Assembly (NCBI RefSeq): GCF_964213995.1
Contig: NC_135815.1
Span: forward strand, 54,932,001-54,996,000
DNA length: 64,000 bases
Source: Mustelus asterias
Taxonomy: Eukaryota
Direction: 5' to 3'
Both the position numbers and the translations under genes were made by a program. Positions within the stretch are counted from its first letter, which is position 1; each line of letters begins with the position of its first letter. Shown in pieces: positions 25,760 through 37,973 of this stretch. The notes under the pieces are model-generated. The model was given only the letters and a program-made list of their open reading frames with translations. It made no database searches and had not been told where the DNA came from.

Positions 25760-26120
25760 GGGGCGATGGCCTAGTGGCATTATCGCTAGACTATTAATCC
25801 AGAAACTCAGCTAATATTCTGGGGACCTGCGTTCGAATGCCGCCACGGCAGATGGTGGAATTTGAATTCAATAAAAAAAAATCTGAAATTAAGAATCTAC
25901 TGGTGACCATGAAACCATTGTTGATTGTCAGAAAAACCCATCTGGTTCACTAATGCCCTCCAGGGAAGGAAATCTGCCATCCTTACCTGGCCTGACCTAT
26001 ATTTGACTCCAGAGCCACAGCAATGTGGTTGAGTCTCAACTGCCCTCAGGCAACTAGGGATGGGCAATAAATGCTGGCCAGCCAGTGATGCTCACGTCTC
26101 ATGAATGAATTTTTAAAAAA
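25760..26120 (+). mobile_element. Deu-SINE (SacSINE1-like)
   Basis: tRNA-like head, Deu core (aatctgccatccttacctggcctgacc...gactccagagccacagcaatgtggttga), tail ctagggatgggcaataaatgctggcc. Confidence 0.88.
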
Positions 26121-26231
26121 GTAGCGGTTGTATGTTGCCATCAAAAAGATAATCTTTTTGAGATATCCTGACCTGAATGTGGAGGTGCCAGGTGTAGCTC
26201 CACATTAAAACAATGGGCCACCATCCATTTT

Positions 26232-26372
26232 TTATTTGATTTGATTTGATTTATTATTGTCACATGTATTAGTATTCAGTGAGTAGTATTGTTTCTTGCG
26301 CACTATATAGTCAAAACATACTGTACAGAGAAGGGAAGGAGAGAATGCAGAATGTAGTGTTCCAATCGTAGC
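26232..26372 (-). mobile_element. Rex1/Babar LINE 3' UTR fragment
   Basis: (tttga)n tail and match to 34911-35050. Confidence 0.8.
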
Positions 26373-26439
26373 CTCCCAGCCACCACTTCTCTTTGAACTG
26401 GTTGCTGCCTTCCTCCTTTCTTCAGTCCTGACCAATCGA

Positions 26440-26731
26440 CATAGAATCCCATAGAATCCCTACAATGTAGAAGGAGACCATTCAGCCCATCGAGTCTGCA
26501 CCGACCACAATCCCACCCAGGTTCTATTCCCACAAGCCCACGCATTTACCCTGCTAATCTCCCTGACACTAGGGTCAATTGACCATGGCCAATCAACCTA
26601 ACCTGTGGGAGGAAACCGGAGCACCCGAAGGAAACCTACACAGACACGAGGGGAATGTGCAAACTCCATGCAGACAGTGACCCGAGGCCAGAATTGAACC
26701 TGGGTCCGAGGCGCTGTGAGGTAGCAGTGCT
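26440..26731 (-). mobile_element. HE1-type V-SINE
   Basis: Reverse-complement match to the other HE1 copies. Confidence 0.88.
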
Positions 26732-28859
26732 GTTAATCGAACACGAGGAACAATTTGCCGGCAATGAAACAGCGGAAATTCAAATGGTCTTTGCCATCGA
26801 ACTTCCTGGGGGTGCCAGCAGCCACAGCTAGCTGGGCCTGAGGCTCAATATTGGGTGTTTCGGTGCAGGTTTTTAAAAAAAGCTTCCATGGACCAACATG
26901 CCAGTCAGACTTAATTGAACTTTAGATTCCAGTAAATAGTCAATGAAGTAGCCTAACAGGCATTGCAACTTGCTTTCTCCTGGAAAACATCCTAGACCAG
27001 GAAGAGTTAAATGTCTAAATCCACCACTATGTCTCTCCTAAACTAAACGTCATGATTCTACATCTTGCAGGAGCTTGTTCAGGGACTGTGATAACTTGGA
27101 CAGAAATTCATGGGAGATTACTAGCGAACTCCTGCCAAGCTTCACCGCAGCACGGGTAATAGATATGCTCCGGTCCTAAATCCTAAAAGGCCTTGCTACA
27201 TCTGTCAAGCATGCCCTGTTAAAGCACCCTTAGTTCAGATGTTATCACTTCTCCTCCTGCGTCAAAAGATTTAGTGTCCACCCTGGAGGTTGATAATGCA
27301 GGGCTTTCGGTTGTAGGAAACAGCAAAGCATAGAAGGGAGAAAAAAATGAAGCCGCACCTCTTTTATGAGGCAGAAAGTCCATTTTATTGACACTAGATG
27401 GCTTCCAGACATGCATTTTAATTAATAATACTGCATCAAAAACAGTCTAAGTAAGCTGGAAACTCTCTGCCTATAACACAAAATAGAGCATTTCATCATT
27501 TAAAAGTGAAGTATTCATCTTCAATCGACAATCAAAAATAAGAGTGACATTAAATCCTTACAGATGCTATCATTCCTGCAAGCTCCCTGGAATCTTTTAT
27601 GAGAATGTAACATTTCTGGACGCTGAACACTTGTTTACTAATCCCGAGGATAAAAAGATAGCAGCTGATTCCTGCAATTTTTATGATTCTGTTAGAAAGT
27701 TCTCCCACCACAAATACAATTAGCCACTGCGTGAAAACCATTGAGACATTCACTGAGCCATTGCTTTCATACCCAGCAACCACTAAGCCTCAGGGATTGT
27801 AGGATCTAAAGTCCAAATTATAACATCTCCCTCCCACCAAACCTTTCCCTCCCACTCCAAATTGGAACCAGGCAAGTGGGTGGTTAAAATGATGGTCGGA
27901 CACTTTCAGCTACATGAATGTAGCTGAAATGGTGGCATCTGCCACCATTTCACCTGCCAGATTCTAGACAGTGTCAGGACTACCCATCACAAGAAGGCAG
28001 GAACCTCCTTTATATTTCAATGTTCAGGTTCAATGTTTCCCCTAGATCCCAAGAGATTTAAATTTCCAATTGTACATTGATGCAGTGTAGTAGCTGGGCC
28101 AGAAGAGCACACCAAAAGTAAGTGTTTCGCTTATTTTAGGTTTTCTTGTAGGCTTGGGGCAGCAAGAGTGCTAGACCAGGCCACTTCCACCCTGTGCTTC
28201 CTACTCCCACCCTCTTCCACAGCTACAATCACCTCAGGAACACCCTGCCTCCCCGCAGAACCACCCCCCCCCCCCCCCCCCCCACCACCACCAGTAACTA
28301 CTTATGTTTATGCCTTACCCTCCCTCAGATCCCTGATGTTCAAGATGACTCTCCTGCACGCCGACCAGGTAATGACTCCTGCCAACATAGGAAGCCAGAA
28401 ATTACTCATTTAAATGAAGGTAGGGATTTAAAATCTCTGAACTCTCAGGCTCTGGGAGTGTGTGTGCCTTGGGGGGGGGGGGGGGGGGGGCATGGGGGGG
28501 AGCAGTTTCCCACTCAATTCCACCCCTGCACTCCATATTTAGGCCCAAGTTAAAACTCACTTTGTTGGCACTTTAATTGTGATTTGTGCTATGCTGATGA
28601 TAAACTCATTCATTGCTGAAAATGAACAGTCTTTATCAGAGATCATTACCAGCCATCCAAAGAAACTATAAAGTTTTCAAAAAGAATCTATCAGCCTGAG
28701 ACAGAAGTCATGCCACAATATTCAACAGCTTCCATCAGCTTTATGTCTTGTAATCAGAAGTAGCATTGATAGCTACACCAAATAGTTCATCCATTTTGGT
28801 CACATCTAGTAACCTCCAATGACAATGGCATTAATATAGGTGCTGGCCAAAGAATTTAA

Positions 28860-29193
28860 GGGCGGCACGGTGGCACAGTGGTTAGCATTGCTGCCTCACA
28901 GCTCCAGGAACTTGCGTTCGATTCCCGGCTTGAGTCAGTGTCTGTGTGGAGTTTGCACCTCTTCCCGTGTCTGCGTGGGTCTCCTCCGGGTGCCCCGGTT
29001 TCCTCCCACACACCAAAGGTGTGCAGGTTAGGCTGATTGGCCATGCTGAATTGCCCCCTCATGTCCCAGGATACTTGGTCAGAGGGATTAGTGGGATAAA
29101 TATGTGAGGTTACGGGTAGGGCCTAGGTGGGATTGTGGTTGGTGCAGACTCAATGAGCAGAATGGCCTCCTTCAGCACTGTAGGGTTTCTATG
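28860..29193 (+). mobile_element. HE1-type V-SINE
   Basis: A/B boxes, V domain and CR1 tail. Confidence 0.9.
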
Positions 29194-29559
29194 AATTGAT
29201 CTTGTCATAGGCACTTTATTGAGCTTTCAACAACACCTGTGGTAGAGTGGAATGTTTATCCTATGAATGGAGCTTTTCATGCTGCCATATTTTATCAACA
29301 TTTCTGTGCAGTGACGAAATGTTTGACGCCCAGCATTGACTGTCATGTAATATGGAATCTTATTGGACATTGAATGTCACAAATGAGTCAGTAAAATAAA
29401 CCTAACCTGTTTAGGTTTATGGTTATGACCAATTTTAGGGAGTCACTTGACAACACTTAAATATGTTGTTTAACCAGATTTTCTTTGACAAGCCACAACT
29501 GCAAGGGCCACCATTTGTGCATTGGAATACAATAGTAGCAACCGCCAGATGGTATACAC

Positions 29560-29746
29560 ACTCTGCCTGAAGACAGAGCCTTGGCTCATTGTCTGCTGAT
29601 TCTTTAGCTTTTGTCAATAGTGGCCTTCCTCTCTCAGATGCAGGCCGAGGAAGCATATCTGAAGTGTGCCTCAGTCAGCGTAGGAATTGAAGCGGCGTTG
29701 TCGGTACCATTCTGAACTACACACTCGCCAATTGAGGTAACCGGCC
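29560..29746 (-). mobile_element. Ancient tRNA-derived SINE-like remnant
   Basis: The minus strand begins ggccggttacctcaattgg (A-box-like) and has gcttcaattcc (B-box-like) ~50 bp downstream. Confidence 0.4.
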
Positions 29747-30890
29747 CTCTAATTATCCAATGCGCCAATGAAACCTAGCGCAGTAGACGTGAACAATATC
29801 ATATTAAACACCTTGAATCATCTTGTGTCCACTTTTCGCGCAACTGATTTGGATATTTGAATTGATTGATATGATTTGCTTCACCTCAGGGTCAGTAAAC
29901 GAGCGTGGGGAGGAAAATGGTTTGATTCAGCAAAGCACAGGCCCCCTTAAATCATTCCCTGCACATTGTCATTGTGATGAAACTTACAGTTATAACCACA
30001 TCCACTCTGCACATCTGTAATAAAGATGCCATCTGACATCTTCCCAGGACCAGAGCTCCAGTGCAAATGACGCTAAAGCAAATAACATCTTCAGTGGGGG
30101 ATGAGTTATGATGCAAGCACATTCTTTTTTTCTTCACAAGACCTGTAAGCAGCTCAGTCCAGCCTGTGTATAAAGTGAATATGAATAGATATGCTCCTCT
30201 CTCCAAGCTTGCTTCCTTCTTGAAATTTATCAAATATATTTCTCCTTGTAAATTTAAATGCTGCAGAAATAATATCAATATTAATTCCATCAAAAGATGA
30301 AACATTTTGATTGCTGCTAGGATTTTATGATCTTTTAAAAAAAGTTCGCTGTGATCTTTTAAAATTAAATTATCAATTTTTCCTTTGAGAGAAATACTGG
30401 GTCAAGACCCATCATCTAAGTAATTCTTGCGTGTCAGACCAAGACAGATCCTGCCTGTTTTATGCACTGCCACTCACCCAGTATGTTTAACATAACAGTC
30501 ATAATATATTAGACAGCAGTTAATTGGCACCCAGTTAATGGTAGATTTAAAGAGAATATTTTCACAGACTCTGACTAATTTATTATACACAGTTCAATGA
30601 TGGAACAAGAAAGATTCTAGTTTACCTGGTGTAGTTTAAACGGATTATTCTGCTCTCTAGGAACCGATATTAGGTGATGCTGCAATACAAAATCTTTACG
30701 TTACCCCGAGGTGTTAAGTAGTCATTGGTTTGAGTTAACCGACCACCTGTTTTGCAACTGTAAAATGTTTTATTTTCACCAGTTTACACATAACAAGAAC
30801 CGTGTTTTGAGAAGAGGGATGAGATAGTTGAATAATGTGTATGCTCGTGGAAGTGAGGAAAGGATTTGCATTTTTATTTTTGACATCAAG

Positions 30891-31208
30891 CATAGGATCC
30901 CTACAGTGCAGAAAGGGGCCATTCAGCTCATCAAGCCTGCACTGACAACAATACCACTCAAGCCCTATCCCCGTAACCCCATGTATTTACCCCGCTAATC
31001 CCCCGACACTAAGGGGCAATTTAGCATGACCAATCCACCTAACCCACACATCTTTGAAGTGTGGGAGGAAATCAGAGCACTCAGAGGAAACCCATGCAGA
31101 CATGGGAAGAACATGCAAACTCCATACAGTCACCCAAGGCTGGAATCAAACCCAGGTCTCTGGCGCTATGAGGCAGGTAATGCTAACCATTGTGCCACTG
31201 TGCTGCCC
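30891..31208 (-). mobile_element. HE1-type V-SINE
   Basis: Reverse-complement match; atcaa duplication at the flanks. Confidence 0.88.
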
Positions 31209-31824
31209 ATCAACCACTTCAGCGTTGGTATAGAATAAATTAGTCCCAAGGTAAAGATTCACCAATTATGTTGTCCAATTATTTTGCTTTAATCCCAATC
31301 TCAATAAAATTGTGATATGAATGGGAATATTGGTATGTCGCAAACCTAACAGTCATGTTTGGCTCTGCGAAAAAAATTACAAACTTCTTGCCAAATGTTA
31401 AAATTCTGTGCACACTTTCCTTACAAAGAACTGGCCACCATTCTGCCCAGTTTTCACTTGTATTGTATTCAGTAGAAAGGAATATTATGTGTGGTGTAGA
31501 ATGGTGGGCTGTTATGATGTCAGCCATTTTGCACCATCAACCATAGTTGCTATTATCTTAACACAGAATAATGTGTTCAGAAACACGCAAGCAAAAGTGA
31601 TAATTCCACTCACATTCCTCATCATTGTGTTCTCTTCCTGAAAAAGAAACAAGATCGTGCACAACTGGGTCCTGAACAATGGAACTGAAGGAAAAACACA
31701 ATGAAAACTCAGAGGGCACATGAACAGAAACCTCTGTGGATAATAGGCACAGAGAGGAGGATGTGGAAAAGTTGGAGAAATGAGAAGGTTGTGAAAGTTG
31801 GGCAACGCTCATCAGAGGTAGTAT

Positions 31825-31948
31825 GACGTACTTTCTGGCTATGGGCCAAGTGCTGGCAGGTGGGATTAGATGGGAGTTCAGGTGTTTCAGGTGTTGGTGT
31901 GGACTCAATGGGCCAAAGGGCCTTTTCTGCACTGTATGATTCTATGAT
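31825..31948 (+). mobile_element. Short CR1 3' tail fragment
   Basis: ggctatgggccaagtgctggcagg...gggccttttctgcactgtatgattctatga. Confidence 0.75.
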
Positions 31949-32834
31949 TGCAATGTCCTTCCAGTGAACAATGACTTCTTCAAGGGAGCCTGCAATTGCT
32001 CAGTTGTTTGGTATTTGATTATGCCTGTCTGTTACCTGTTCTCTGTGCTATTAGTCAAGTCTGGGCATGATTGCTGAGAAAGAGAAACTAAACTGAAAGC
32101 GAGCAGCTGGAAGCGTGAAAGTGAAGAGACTTTTTAAAAGCACTGTAAATAAAGCTCCTGTTTAGACATGTTGAAAAACTGGCGTCTCTGAGGCATAAAG
32201 CCTAACACAGAGCAAAAGAGGACATCATGGAAGAACATTCAGTCACAACCAATGACTATCCTGGTACTTTTAGTTCCACAACTCCTACCATATCCTCACC
32301 AAACCCACCTTGACAATTTACTGAGCAGGGAGACACATATTTAAGAGGAAATAAAGGCCCCAATATTTACACAGAGCAGAGAGAAGTGGAAGCTAGAAAT
32401 CACGGGAAAGCGGAGCCCCTGATTAATTAAACCACCTTATCATTTCTCTACACTATTTCTCACCCAGCAGTCAGACAGATTTACAGTCGGGCCAGTTGGG
32501 AAAGCCAGTGACTAGAGCCAGGGACAGCTGAGGACAAAGGACAGCTGAGGACAAAACCATTGTGCAGGGGCAATTAAAATATCCCAAAATTAGTTAGGAG
32601 AGCTTTTCATACATGAAGCACTGGGGAATGGTTAGACTGAGGGACAGGGAGTAGAGAGAGGGAGAGTACTATTCTTCCACCAAGGGTATAGTTCACAGGC
32701 TCTCACCGCTCCTGGGACTTCCAGATTCCATCTCACCTCACCCCAGAAACGGCGCTCCCCCATTCCATGAAATACCAGGGGCTTTGGGATGAAGACAACT
32801 TCATACCAACTATTCAACCTCCAATGATACCAGT

Positions 32835-33845
32835 CATTGGCACAAAGGAAGATGGTTGGAGGTCAATCATCTCAGCTCCAGGGCACCACTGCTGGTGTCC
32901 CTCAGGGCAATGTCCTAGACCCAACCATCTTCAGCTGCTTCATCAATGACTTTCCTTCCATCATAAGGTCAGAAATGGGGATGTTTGCTAATAATGGCAC
33001 AATGTTCAATACCATTCACGACTCTTCAGATGCTGAAGCAATCCATGTCCAAATGCAGTAAGACCTGGACAATATTTAGGCTTGGCTGACAAATGACAAA
33101 CAACAGTTGCACCACACAAGTGCCAGGCAATAACCATCTCCAACAAGCTATTCAGTCACATTGCCAAGACTGAATCCCCCAATATCAACATCCTGATGGT
33201 TACTGATGATCAGAACCTGAACTAGACTAGCCATATGCCAGAGCAGGTCAAAGGCTCGGACTCCTGTGGCAAGTAACTCACCTCCTGATTCCCCAAAGCC
33301 TGTCCATCATGTTCAAGGCACAACCCAGGCGTGTAATGAAATATTCTCCACTTGCCTGGATGAGTGCAGCACCAACAGCACTCAAGAATCTTGACACCAT
33401 CCAGGACAAAGCAGCCGTTTGATTACTACCCATTCCACAAACATCCAATCCCTCCACCACCAACGAACAGTGGCAGCAGTGTACACTACCCACATGATGC
33501 ACTGCAGGAACTCACCAAGTTTCCTAGGCAGCACCACTGCAGCACCACTACAACCACTACCACCGAGAAAGAGAAGAGTAGCAGATACCTGGGAACACCA
33601 CCACCTGCAAGTTCCCCTCCAAATCACTCACCATCCTGACTTGGAGATCTATCGCCATTCCTTCACTGGTGCTGTGTCAATGGCATGAAATTCCCCCCCT
33701 AACAGCACTGTAGATGTACCTACACCTCAAGGACTGCAGCAATTCAAGAAGGCAGCTCCGCACCACCTTCTGAAGGGCAGCTAAGGATGGGCAATAAATG
33801 CTGGCCTAGACAGCGATACCCACATCCCATAAATGAATAAAAAAA
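32835..33845 (+). mobile_element. 5'-truncated copy of the LINE family at 6405-9457
   Basis: GVPQGNVLDPTIFSCFINDFPSII and the same 3' tail (gggcaataaatgctggcc...cacatcccataaatgaataaaa). Confidence 0.88.
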
Positions 33846-34099
33846 GCAATAGTCCTGCACCATTGGGTGCAGTCACAAATTTCACTTGTTGGTTTGGAGA
33901 TCAGGAGGGTGCCAATTCCACCGTTTGCACATGCAGCAACTTTCACCGTGAATGGGTAACCCTTGCTACTGAAATAGAAGGGCTGGCAAAAGCTGGTCCC
34001 TTGGAGACACTTGCTTCGATACAAGAGTCACCTCAGACCTTCAAAGTTACAGGGAAACCTTCCCAACCAACTACCATTCAACCTTGCCTCACAGGAAGC

Positions 34100-34400
34100 A
34101 CTTCATGGAATGAGTAGATTAAGAGCTAGAATAAATAAGATTGCTGGAACAAAGGGCAGAAATTGAGCAGATTTAATGAGTGCCTCATACGTTTTGTCAA
34201 TTGCTCCCTGCACCTGTGGGAACCCTGGCAGTCTATAGAATTGAATATCTGTCTCTCTGTTTATCTGTATCCACTGCAAAGGAAATGAGCAGTAGAAGGT
34301 GCTGGAGAAGAGCATCAGTGATCGCCTTTGCACAATGGAGAACTGATTTATGTGACAAAGGTTACCTGATGTAAGATTTAATTGCAAAGGAATTTAATGC
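34100..34400 (-). pseudogene. Harbinger (HARBI1-like) transposase fragment
   Basis: FYRLPGFPQVQGAIDKT resembles the Harbinger DDE motif F..IAGFP.V.GAIDCTH. Confidence 0.65.
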
Positions 34401-34774
34401 GTGGTCATTTTAAAAGTTAGATATATGCTGTTTTCCTGATGGAAGTCAGCCACCAGTGATTATTATATTTACAACAGCCATCAGAGTAAAGCACAGTCTT
34501 CTGCGGCAGTGGTGGGCAGGAAAAGCTATGTGAGACCTAAGTTGCAACATACGGAATGGCTATCTGCACTTTGGGAGCAAACTGTCCATGATGCCTCAGG
34601 TGCCTCCCCAATCTACCCTTTTCCATATCCTCCCTTTTCCAAACAAGGGAATGGAGATTCCCACTGCCAAATCCATGCCCCTGTTCAAAGCTGTACCCTT
34701 TGACAAACTGACTAAGTATAGCAGGAAATGTGAAGACAGAGTTCTCAGAGCAGTGAACAGTTAAACTCAATACA

Positions 34775-36301
34775 AAAGCAGAAAATGCTGGAAAATCTTA
34801 GCAGTTCTGACAGCGTCTGTGGAGAGAGAATAGAGCTAACCTTTCAAGTCTGGATGACCCTTCACCAGAGCTGGGGACAAAAAAAATAGGGTGAGATTTA
34901 TACTGTAAGGTTTGATTTGATTTGATTTATTATTATCACATCTTAGTACACAGTGAAACGTATTGTTTCTTGCATGCTATACAGACAAAACATACTATTC
35001 ATGCAGAAGGAAAGGAGGGAGTGCAGAATGTAGTGTTACAGTCATAGCTAGGGTGTAGAGAAAGATCAACTTAATGCAAGGTAGGTCCATTCAAAAGTCT
35101 GATGGCAGCAGGGAAGAAGCTGTTCTTCAGTCAGTTGGTACGTGACCTCAGACTTCTGTATCTTTTTCCCAATGAAAGAAGATGGAGGAGAGAATTTCCG
35201 GAGTGTGTGGGGCCCTTAATTATACTGGCTGCTTTGCCAGTGGGAAGTGTAGACAGAGCCAATGGATGGAAGGCTGGTTTGCATGATGGATTGGGCTAAA
35301 TTCACAACCTTTTGTGGTCTTGCGAACTTGGGCAGAGCAGGCACCATACCAAGCTGTGATACAACCAGAAAGAATGCTTTCTATGGTGCATCTGTAAAGG
35401 TTGGTGAGAGTCATAGCTGACATGCCAAATTTCCTTAGTCTTCTGAGAAAGTAGAGACGTTTGTGGGCTTTCTTAACAATAGTGTCGGTATGGAGGGATC
35501 AGGACAGTTGTTGATGATCTGGACACCTAAAAACTTGAAGCTTTCGGCCATTTCTACTTCCTTCCCATTGATGTTGACAGAGGCATGTTCTCCACTACGC
35601 TTCCTGAAGTCGATGACAATCTCCTTCATTTTGTTGACGTTGAGGGAGAGATTATTGTTGCCGCACCAGTTCACCAGATTCTCTGTCTCATTCCTGGACT
35701 TTGTCTCATCATTGTTTGAGATCCAACCCACTACGGTGGTGTCATCAGCAAACCTGAAAATCGAGTTGGAGGGGAATTTGGCCACACTCTAAGGGTGTTT
35801 ATTTTCATTTCTTACATTGTGTTTTTTTAAATTTTGCTTTCCATTTTGTTCCCTTCATTTCACTAGAGCTGTCTCTTACATCTCCTTGGTCACCCTTTGA
35901 CACTCAGCTTACCTCTGTTCTAACTTAGGGATTCTGATCTCTTAATAGACAACTATCAGACCCTTCTGAGCCTTGATCACCACCATTTACATTCACTTTG
36001 GGTGGGATTTTCTGGCCGCGTCGCCCCAAAACCCGAAATTCGCTTCTTTGTCTTTTTGTCTATGTCAATTACCACCCCTCCTCCGCCCCCCCCCCACTGC
36101 CCCCCCCCCCTCACCCCACCAGTATAAAATCACATTCTATTTTCTTTGTCTTCAGCTCTTGAGAAAGGTCATCCAGACTCAAGGCGTTGGCTCTATTCTC
36201 TCTCCACAGATGCTGTTGGACCTGCTGAGATTTTCCAGCATTTCCTGTTTTTGTTTCAGATTCCAGCATCTGCAGTAATGTGCTTTTTATTCTTCGAATT
36301 C
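34775..36301. mobile_element. Penelope-like non-autonomous element with inverted termini, interrupted by Rex1 and a MITE fragment
   Basis: 34775-34872 is the inverted copy of ~36155-36255. Flanking duplication aactc(a/g)ataca (34764-74 / 36302-12). Degenerate hammerhead motif in both arms. Confidence 0.7.
34911..35787 (-). mobile_element. Rex1/Babar LINE 3' portion
   Basis: FRFADDTTVVG, WCGNNNLSLNVNKMKEIVIDFRK, YRCTIESILSGCITAWYG; (tttga)n tail. Confidence 0.92.
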
Positions 36302-36528
36302 AACTCGATACATTATCATCATCATGCTAAACCTCAACTCTGGTAAACCAAATATCTGCCTGATGGAAATAGTCTGATGTGTGCACTCTGTGACCTCGGA
36401 AAACTGCACGGATGGAGAAGAGGGAAAGCGGTGCAGCTACCCTCAGTAAAGGAGAGAAGAGAGGTAAATAATGAATAATGAAACAAAGGTTCCCTCCTCT
36501 TACTTGCTGATAAACTACCAGCAGCGGC

Positions 36529-36714
36529 TGTGGAGAGAAACAGAGTTAACTTTTCAGCTCAATGGCTTTTTATCAGAGCATTCTGATGAATGGTCATTGA
36601 CCTGAAATGTTAACTTTGTCTCTCTCCACAGATGCTGCCCGACCTGCTGAGCATTTCCAGCATTTTCTGTTTTCACTTCAGATTTGCGGCGTCTGCAGTA
36701 TTTTGCTTTCGTCT
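36529..36714. mobile_element. Palindromic Penelope-like mini element
   Basis: 36529-36577 inverts 36582-36630. Duplication cagcagcggctgt at 36519-31 and 36715-27. Confidence 0.75.
36574..36618 (+). ncRNA. Minimal type I hammerhead ribozyme motif (slightly decayed)
   Basis: CTGATGA (36583-89), stem II ggtca/tgacc, GAAA (36604-07), then TGTTA where the canonical form is CGTTA. Stem I is cagag/ctttg. Confidence 0.6.
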
Positions 36715-37550
36715 CAGCAGCGGCTGTTGCCCTCACAGGAAGCAAATGGCACTTGCCACATGTTGGATGTCACATAGATGCACATTTATTTTTATCCTTA
36801 CGCCTACATATCTCACCCCTGTGACTTTCACACTTTGTTTCCCCTTCACATTCTGCCCAGGATTTGTTCAATGCCGCACAACAGCATGTCTCAGAACTGA
36901 GATGGAGTCGCTCCAATTACTGTAGATCAATTGGAACACCAGTGACAGAGAGAAGGCAGAAACAGCTCGAAAGCCTGCTCACATCCAGGCCCTGCTGCAA
37001 TGGAGCAAAAGACCCTGGACATTCAGGATAGATGCCTTCATCCCTCTAAATTTTGGATGTGGAAATAGCAGCTAAGAAATGTCTGCAATTGGTTCACGTC
37101 TCTTATGTTTGTCCTTGGTCTGCACCTATTTCATGGGCCTGTCTCAATATGGATATCTCACCACTGGTTTATGTATGAGGCTCCTTAAACTGCCAACACT
37201 TGCTATTCACTCTTCCCTTTCTCTGCTCACAGATCTGCCTGCAGAAGTGTTTCCTGTTGGAGGAAAATGAGTTTAGCTGGCATCAACAACCTGTAATCCC
37301 TCAGGTTTCAGCAGACATCAGCCCAGAGATCAGCACCCCTTATGGATAACTAGAGAGTTGCGCACAGTGTTATTTATGGCCTCAGTAGGTAATGTGTTTT
37401 TTTTTAGAATCTGAAAACCCAAGTATTTACTAAAAGAATGAAGCCACAAGGTTCACGTTTTAAACAAAAGAGTTTTACCACACCTAAATGAAAGAACATG
37501 GACTCTCATAATCACATCCCATTTAAATAGATAATTATATTCAAGCTAAT

Positions 37551-37721
37551 GGGCAGGATTTTCCAACCCATCACCGTGGTGTGTTTTCTATCAGTGAAGG
37601 CAACTCACCATTGGCAACCAATGAGATCTTCTCACCCACTGATGTCTGTGGTGTTTTGTGTTGCTTGCCTTTGGTGGAACCAAAATATCCCACCAGCAGG
37701 AACAACTGGAAAATCCCGTCC
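37551..37721. mobile_element. Harbinger-type MITE
   Basis: TIR gggcaggattttcc ... ggaaaatcccgtcc. Confidence 0.65.
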
Positions 37722-37973
37722 ATTAAAAATACAATTAACACAATTACTCATACTCAAAATCAAATGTCTAAACTCCCCTTTCCTTTGGCACCCAAAACAA
37801 GTCAGATGCTTATCTAAACTTGGAAGATTAACCACTTGGTTTGGGTACAGTGTTCATGGTTCATTTACAGGCTGAGATTTCTTGGGCCTTCCATTTACTT
37901 CCAGCCAGGTTGTCTCTTTAAATCTCTTCTTACTCCCCATTCAACATAGGCATCTCTGGCATCTTAAGCATGG

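Noticed and set aside
27555-27723. Possible plus-strand exon (CYHSCKLPGIFYEN...)
   Set aside because: No recognisable domain, weak pyrimidine tract and no partner exons.
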